Virus record (IMG/VR): IMGVR_UViG_3300027709_000056
Span: 1 to 64,000 of that record
Length of the DNA stretch: 64,000 nt
Strand: one strand, 5' to 3'
From: a virus
Position 1 is the stretch's first letter. Every line of letters begins with the position of its first letter. The notes beneath the pieces are model-generated. The model saw nothing but the letters and a program-made list of their open reading frames with translations, was not told the origin of the DNA and made no database searches. Below, one piece after another: positions 48,501 to 57,500 of the stretch. The position numbers were made by a program, and so were the translations under genes.

Positions 48501-51500
48501 GAGTAAGTTAGGATTATATCCTGCATATAAACCATATAAATTTCTTGATGATACGTATCAAGTACCTACAGAAGTTATTCAAGGACATGATGGTAATATT
48601 TTTGTTTGCTATGGCGATTTTAGAGATGACTTATTATTAGAATTAGAAAAAAGAATTTATAATAATATAAAATGTGCATATGATAAAACAATTATTGACA
48701 TTCATGAGTTCGTTGGTGGTGAATCAAGAGATACAGGATTTACTAAATGGCAACGAGACAGAGCATTAATTACTGATTTTACAGCATGGTTATCTAATGT
48801 TGGTGATTTAGATTATAGTGATTATGGTTTTTATCAAAGAACAAATAGTTTTACATTTAACTATGGTAGTATGACATCTCCAAAAGGTGCTAAATTACCT
48901 GGTTACTGGCGAGGCATTTATAAAGAAGCATACGATACTGATCGCCCACATACACATCCTTGGGAAACATTAGGATATACACTTGAGCCGACATGGTGGA
49001 AAACTGTATACGGTCCAGCGCCTTATACAAGTGAAAATAAAATTTTATGGCAAGACATTGAAGATGGAGTAATTAGAGAACCTGGTAAATCATTAACATA
49101 TCTTCCTGCTTATGCTAGAAAAGATATTACAAAACATATTCCAGTTGATGATGTTGGAAAATTATTAAGTCCACTAGATAGTAACTATGCTAAAAATTAT
49201 GTTCTTGCATTAACAGAAGGTCCTTTTGAGTTTGGAGATGAAGCTCCAACAGAAACTGCTTGGCGTAGAAGTAGTGAGTATCCGTTTGCATTTATTGTAA
49301 GTTGGATTCTTAATCAACCAAGTAAAATTGTAGGACTAGGGTTTGATAGATCACGAATTATTAGAAACCCAGCTAAAGAAATTGTATATAGTGAGACTAG
49401 TAAAAGACTTAGATTAAAAGATTTAGTTTTTCCGAATACACATATGGATACAGTTAGGGTTAGTACATCCGGACTTGTTAATTACATTTTTGATTATATT
49501 GGTTCACGAACATTAGTATCTTATGATGCTTATAAGAAAAATTTAACAACATTAACTAATCAACTAGGATTTAAAGTTGCAGGGTTTACAAATAAAGCTA
49601 AATTTAAATTATTGTTAGATAGTAGAACTCCATATAATGAAGGGAATGTTTTTGTTCCTGATGAAAACTATAAAGTATTTTTAAATTCAAGTTCTGTTGT
49701 TGATTTAGTAAGTTATAGTGGAGTTATTATTGAAAAACAACCTGCAGGATTTATTGTAAAAGGATATGATAAAGCTAATCCTTACTTTAAGTATTTTGCG
49801 GTACGTGAAAGAGCAAATGATCCAGTTGAAAGAGTTGGTGGAGTTACTGATAGTTTTGTTATATGGAAATCAAACCAAACGTATGTTGAAGGACAAACTG
49901 TAGAATTTACTAACGAATATTATAGAGTTAAAGAAGGGCATATTAGTACTGGTGATTTTAATTCTAGCTTTTTTGCAAAATTAGTTGAATTACCAATATC
50001 AGGCGGAGTGTCAGCATATTTTAGACGCGAGTTTGATACTGAACCACCGTTTATTAATAGTACATTAGAATTATCATATGGACATTTATTTAGAACTGTT
50101 CAGGAAGTGGTTGATTTCTTATTAGGTTATGGAGCATGGCTAGAGTGGAAAGGCTTTGATTTTAATTGGTTTAATAAAGATATTAATTCAGTTGAAAACT
50201 GGACTTTAAGTGCTAAAGAATTTTTATTCTGGACTACACAAAACTGGAATGCAGATAGTGTTATAACATTAAGTCCTGCCGCTAACAAATTTAAGTTTAG
50301 AAAAGACTTTTATGTATCAGATAATATCTTTGATAGTTTTTATGATTATACACTCTTGAAAGCAGATGGTAAAAAATTATTACCTGAATTTGTTAATGTT
50401 TATAGAAGTGTTAATAATGAATTCCAAATAACAACTAAAAATAGTGCTGACGGAGTATATGCAGTTAAATTACCGCTAATACAAAAGGAGCACGTTGTTC
50501 TATTAGATAATCATACAGTTTTTAATGATATTGTTTATGATTTAGAACCAGGATATAGACAAGAAAGAATTAAAGTTTTAGGTTACAGAACAGATGACTG
50601 GACTGGTAATTTAAATATTCCTGGATTTATATATGATAATGCTATCTGTACTGATTGGATACAATATCAAGATTATGCTATTGGTGATACTGTACGTTAC
50701 AAAGAATTTTATTATGTTGCTAAAATAAAAATACCTGGGACTGAAAGTTTCGAAGCTGAAAACTGGGTACGCTTAGACGAAAAACCAACGTCCGAACTAA
50801 TTCCTAATTTAGATTATAAAGCAAAACAATTTAAAGATTTTTATGATTTAGATACTGATAACTTTGATACAGAACAACAAAGGATGTCACAGCATCTTAT
50901 TGGATATCAAAAAAGAAATTACCTTTCAAACATTATCAATGATGATGTTAGTCAGTATAAATTTTATCAAGGATTTATTCAAGATAAAGGTACACAAAAT
51001 AGTTTAACAAAATTATTCGATGCTTTAAGTAATGCAGATAAAGATAGTATTGAGTTTTATGAAGAATGGGGTATTAAATTAGGCCAATATGGATCAGCAG
51101 AAGCGTTTGACGAAATTGAATTTAAATTAGATGAAGCAAAATTTAAGTTAAGTCCGCAACCATTAGAGTTAGTTGATACTATTTTAGGAACAGAAACCGA
51201 TTTAATTTATAGACAAAGACCATTTGAAGTTTATCTTAAACCTAATAATTATGATCATAAGCCGTTTCCAACGAAATATAAAGCAACGGATTATATACCA
51301 ACAGCAGGCTTTGTTAATGAAAGTGATGTTAAGTTAACAGTTGCTACCTATGATGATATTTTAACTCAAGATATTAAAACTTTAAATGTTGGTGATTACG
51401 TATGGGCCGGGACACGAGGAACAACTTGGGATGTTGTCAAATATATTAGTACAACTGATAGAGTTACAGCTATAACTTCAGACACTGATGCTGGTACAAC

Positions 51501-54500
51501 TACAATAAAACTTAATACACAAGCTAGATATGAAGCAAATGAAATTATAGGTATTCTTGATGTAACTGATGCTGAGAAATTTTTTAAAGTTAAAAGTGTA
51601 TCATTAGATACTGTTATTTGTTATGCAAATGGTACTACAGAAGATGTAGAGGTAGCAACGGGATTTGTTACAACATTTACTTCTTCAAGAGTTGCTAGTT
51701 TAACTGAAGCAAATACTAAAGCTATTAATAGTTCATTAAAAGTAGGTGAATTATTTTGGATTGACGATGATGATTCAAGTCGTTGGATTGTCTTAGAAAA
51801 TAAACCTGCTTTTACTTCACATTCGTTAGTTACTAATCCTGAGTCAGGAATAGATCATGAATTTGGTAAAGTTATTGCGTCAGATGATAGAAATACTATT
51901 TTAATTGCATCAGCTCCAGGACTAGAAAAAGTTTATGTATTTTTACGAACTACTGAAGGTACGCCTTATGCACTAGCACAAGAGATTGATGCACCAACAG
52001 GACTTTATACAGGTAATGGAAAATTTGGTAGTAGTGTTGCATTAACTGATGACGGTGAGCATTTAGTTATTGGTGTGCCTGAAGCTAGTAATATAAAGAC
52101 AAAATTTAAAGGTAACTTTGATACTGCAACGTCTTATGTTGCGGGAGAACTTGTTAAGCATCTTGAAACATTCTGGGAAGCTCAATGGCCTGTTGCACCA
52201 GCAACTGGGGCATTAACATTTCCTAGTTTTGCTTCAACTTCTAAAATACAAGAATCTCATTATGATGCAGGAGCCAATTCGTATCCTACTATAGTGTTTG
52301 CTATAAGAGGTGATTATAATTTAGATGTTACAACAGATCATATATTAGTTAGAGCACCAACCAGTCAATATAATGGATCTGCACCTAATGATAAATTAGT
52401 TCTTAATTGGAATGAATTTTCACAAAATTATCCAACAGGAATTTTACCATGGGGATCAACAGGTCCTGGTGTAGCGGCATTTGAAGGAAGCAAAATTATT
52501 GCGGCTAAGATTGATGCTGTTTTATATGTTGACAACTTAATACGTGTTCCTAATGTTGGAGATTCACTTTCATCATCAGCGGCACTAGGAGAAGTAGCAT
52601 ACATTCGAATTGAAAATGTTAGTCAAGCAATAATTTATATGAAAGATGTTAGTGGACAGTTTTCTGCTACTGACGAAATTTTCTTAAATGCAGTAAGTTG
52701 CGGAACTTATACATTAATTCAACCAGAAGGCGGAGCAAGTACATTTGCTGGCTGGTGGAAGATAGATGGATTTACACCGTTTACTACAACACTTACTTCA
52801 GCACAAAATATTCAAACACCAAACTTTGTGCTCCAAGATTTTATATTACAATCTGAATCACGTTCACCTGTTGTATTTGGTAACACAATGGATGACGTTC
52901 GTGCATTAAGTTTAATTACTGATCCAACCAGAGGTGGTCGTTTAGGTCATTTAAGTTATTATGATAAAAATGGATTACCTAATTTAAGTGAACTTTGGTT
53001 TATAAGAGCTCCTAAAGTTTTTACAGATCCAGCTAATCCAACAGACCCATTAAATATTTGGGTTAATACTATTAGAGGTGGTGTTGAACCTATCTCAGTA
53101 TTTGACCCAGCAACGCTAGGTTTAACATTTAGTTACTTGAACGATACAACACATACAATTCATGACTTATGGTCAGGCTTTATTGATGTAACATTTACAA
53201 ACTTTGATGGTTTTGGGAATCCTTATATTCCACAAGAAGGTGATACTGTTATTGATGATACTACAGGCGCTGAAGCTGAAGTATCATATTTGCAAGAACA
53301 ATTATTAACGTGTAGATTATATTTAAAAAGTAGAGTAGGAACATTTAGGTTCGGAGTTAATAATGGTGAAACTAGTACCATTAGTATTAAAGATGCTATT
53401 AGCCTTGGTGTTAATAGACTATCGGGGAGATTAGATCATGCGGATATGGATAGTGCGACTACAGGTGAAATGGTTGTTGTTAAAAACACGGATTCAACTC
53501 AGTTTCCGGTTACTTCGTCGACTTTTCAAAACGAGTTAGAAGTACATTTTTATTCCAGCAGTACAGTTAGCGGAATTGCTCAAACACCGAGTTATCCTAC
53601 ACCACTGAATAAAGATTGGTTACAATATTATAATATTCCAGCTCATACTGAGGGTGTAGCAGGTTCGTATACTAATGAAGGAATGTATCTAGCTTATGCA
53701 AAAACAGATTCAAGAGAGTATTCATTAAATTATGGTTACATAATACCAGACAGAGGTAATAACAAGTATGTAGGAAAGCAATTAGAATTTGCAACAGATA
53801 ATAAGTTACATTATCTTTATGTTAGTACAGGAGACCTTAATACAGTAGGTAATGCTGGTAGAATTTATTTTGTTAAACATGGTACTGACGCTGATGCAAA
53901 TGAATATAGTTATGCATTAGGTAAGGACAAATATTATAAAGGAACATTTAGTAACAGTCAAACATACTTTGAAAATGATATAGTTTTATATACAAGTAAG
54001 TTTTATCAAAGTAAAACTAATTTAGCGGCTGGAGCCTTTCAGACATCTTTGTGGACAGAATTATCCACGCATATAGATTATGTAGGACATATTCCTAATG
54101 ATTCTGGTTTAACAGTTGATGGCGAAAATATTGCAGATCAAAGTACAATAAAGAATTTTGCTCAACCGTTTGCTGAAAGTAAAGACGGAAGTGTTTTAGT
54201 TGTTGTAGCAGAATATACTGATACTAATCCTAAAATTTTAATTTATAGATTAAACAACGGTCATTATGAATTTAGTCAAGTTATTGTAACACCTAATGCA
54301 GATATAGGATTTGGTCAAGCAATTGCAGTTTCAGATGATGGAACATTAGTTGCAGTCGGAGCCCCATTACAAGATGAGGTTAACGATAACAATGGTGCTG
54401 TTTATGTTTACAGACTAGTTTCTGGTAGCTTTATATGGTCACAAACACTTTATAGTCCGGAAGATGATGTAGCAGAAAGATTTGGGGCATCATTAGACTT

Positions 54501-57500
54501 TGATAAAAATAATTTAATTGTATCATCTAGAGGTGGCGACCTTATTTCAACTACAACATTTGATGCTAATACTGTAGTTGCTACTACACTTGATAATAAT
54601 CTTACTCAGTTTAAAACAGCAAACGAAGATAGTGGACAAGTTCTTGTATTCCAAAGATTTAATAATACATTAATTTATAGCGAAAGATTTGTTTATAATA
54701 ATCCTGCAACTCGTAGGTTTGGTGAAAATTTATTATTCAGAGATAATCATGTTTATGTTTCAATGCCTGAATTAACAATATCAACAACTGATAACGAGAT
54801 GGGCACTATACTTGACTTTAGACGTGATAGAGTTACACTATCATGGACTACTTTACGTACACCTATTGATCAAATTGATATAGAAAAATATAGAGGTGTG
54901 TTTATTTACGACACAAGAGATAATTCGTTAACTAAACAAATAGATTATATTGATCCTATCCAAGGAAAGATTGCTGGTACGGCTGAAGAAGAATTATCAT
55001 ATAAAACACCATATGACCCAGCAGTTTATACAACTGGAGAAGCTCCAGCTGTGGTTGATTCTGGAGGATACTGGGGTGAAAAATATGTTGGAAAACTTTG
55101 GTGGGATTTAAGTACTATAAAATTTCATAATCCTTACCAAGGCGACATAATTTATCAAACTGCTAACTGGGGTCGTTTATTTACAGGCGCAAGTGCTGAT
55201 ATTTACGAGTGGGTTGAAACTACACTTAAACCTTCAGAGTGGTTAGAACAAGCAGATACAGAAGAAGGATTAACTAAAGGAATTAGTGGAACACCTAAAT
55301 ATGATGATAATACTTTAGTGACAGGAAGAGTATTTGATAAACAAGGACAGTCTTTTTCTAACAAGTATTACTACTGGATTAAAAATAGAAAAATTATTCC
55401 AGGAATAATAGATAGAAAAACTAGTGCATATGATGTTGCACAATTAATTGCAGATCCACAAGCACAAGGATATCAATTTATAGCACCACTTTCAAACAAT
55501 AGATTTGCTTTGTATAATTGTGCAAATTTACTTTCAGGAGATAATTCTGCAATTAACTTCCGTTATTGGAATATTGAAACACCAACAAATATCCATAATG
55601 AATATCAAATTTTAAGTGATGGCTTGGGTACAAGTAGACCTAAACAGGAATTAGAACGTAAATGGTTTGATAGTTTAATTGGTTGGGATACAAAAATGAG
55701 ATCTGTTCCAGATCATGCATTAAGTGTAAAACAACGATATGGTATTTTAAATCGTCCAAGACAAAGTATGTTTGTTAATAGACTTGAAGGTGTTAAACAA
55801 TTTGTTGAACGAGTTAATTTAGTTTTTAAGCAAAACATAATTATTGATGAATATGATATTAGTAAATTTAATTTAGTTGATCCATTACCTACATTAAATT
55901 CTGGAACGTATGATGCAGTTGTTGATACGTATGCTGAAATAGTTTATGTTGGTACGGCTAAAGTTGAACAAGCTATCTTAACGCCAACTTGGGTTAATGG
56001 TAAGTTAACAGATGTAAAAATTACTAATCCTGGGCGTGGATATAAAGTACCACCTACATATGACTTTGCTAATATTGGTAATGGTAGTGGTGCTGTTATA
56101 ACTTTAACAATTGATACTTTAGGAAAAATTACTTCAGCAGTTATTAAATATGAAGGTAAAGATTATCCAAGTACTACTTCTATTGAAGTTAGAAAGTTTA
56201 GCACACTTATTAAAACAGACGAAACAGTCCAAAATAAATGGGCTATTTACGGATATAATGCAACTTCAAAAACGTGGGAAAGAACTGCAAGTCAAAGTTA
56301 TAATGTACCTAAGTTTTGGTCTTATGCTAATTGGTATGCTATGGGGTATACTCAGTTTACAGATGTTGATTATCTAATAGACGAAAGTTATCAATTAACA
56401 GCTTTAGATGATAGTATTGGTGATATAATTAAAATTAAAACAGTTGGTTCAGGTGGTTGGTTACTATTAGAGAAAACATCTGATGCGCCTGCTGTAGATT
56501 ATACTACTAATTATAAAACAATTGGTAGAGCAAACGGAACCCTTGAATTATCTTCAAAGTTATATAATTATCCAGCTTCACATATTGGTTATGATGCTTT
56601 AAGTTATGATACTAGTGATTATGATAATCAACCAGTACATGAACTTAGATTAATATTACAAGCACTACGTGATGATATTTTAATAGATGATCTTGCAGTA
56701 GAATATAATAAGTTATTCTTTTCAAGTGTACGTTATGCATTTTCAGAACAAAAATATGTTGACTGGGCATTTAAAACAAGCTTCATGAAAGCAAAACATA
56801 ACATAGGAGATCTTAAACAAAAAATTACTTTCCAAAACGATAATCTTTCTAGTTATGAAGATTTTGTAGCAGAAGCAAAACCGTATAAAACAAAAATTAG
56901 AGAATACTTAACTTCGTATACAAAAACAGATCCTACAAATTCGTCAGTAACTGATTTCGATTTACCACCAGCTTATAATGTACAAGATGGTAAAATTGTT
57001 CCGTCTGCTTTAAAAATAAAAGACGATGCAGTATATGGAGTAGATCCAGGGTTAGTAACTTATCCAAATAAACATTGGAAAGAAAATTTAGGATATGACG
57101 TTGTAGAAATACAAATTAAAGATGGTGGAACAGGATATCTTGAGGTTCCAGTAATTACATTTAGTGGCGGTGGCGGAACAGGAGCCAAAGCTAGAGCATA
57201 TATTGGTACCGGTGGAAAAATTACTGCAATTATGATGACAAATGTTGGGTCAGGATACTTATCTGCACCAACAGTTATTATTAATGGTACACAATCAGAT
57301 GATGGTAAGGAAGCAAGTGTTTCAGCTAAACTAGGCAATGGAAAAGTTCGTAATAGTCATATTATATCAAAGTATGATAGAGTTACAGGAACATTTTTAA
57401 TTACAACATTAACAGAAACACAAAACTTTACAGGTAATGCAAGTGAAATTAATTTTGATTTAACATGGCCAATGGACTTAAGGCCTTCACAAATTGAAGT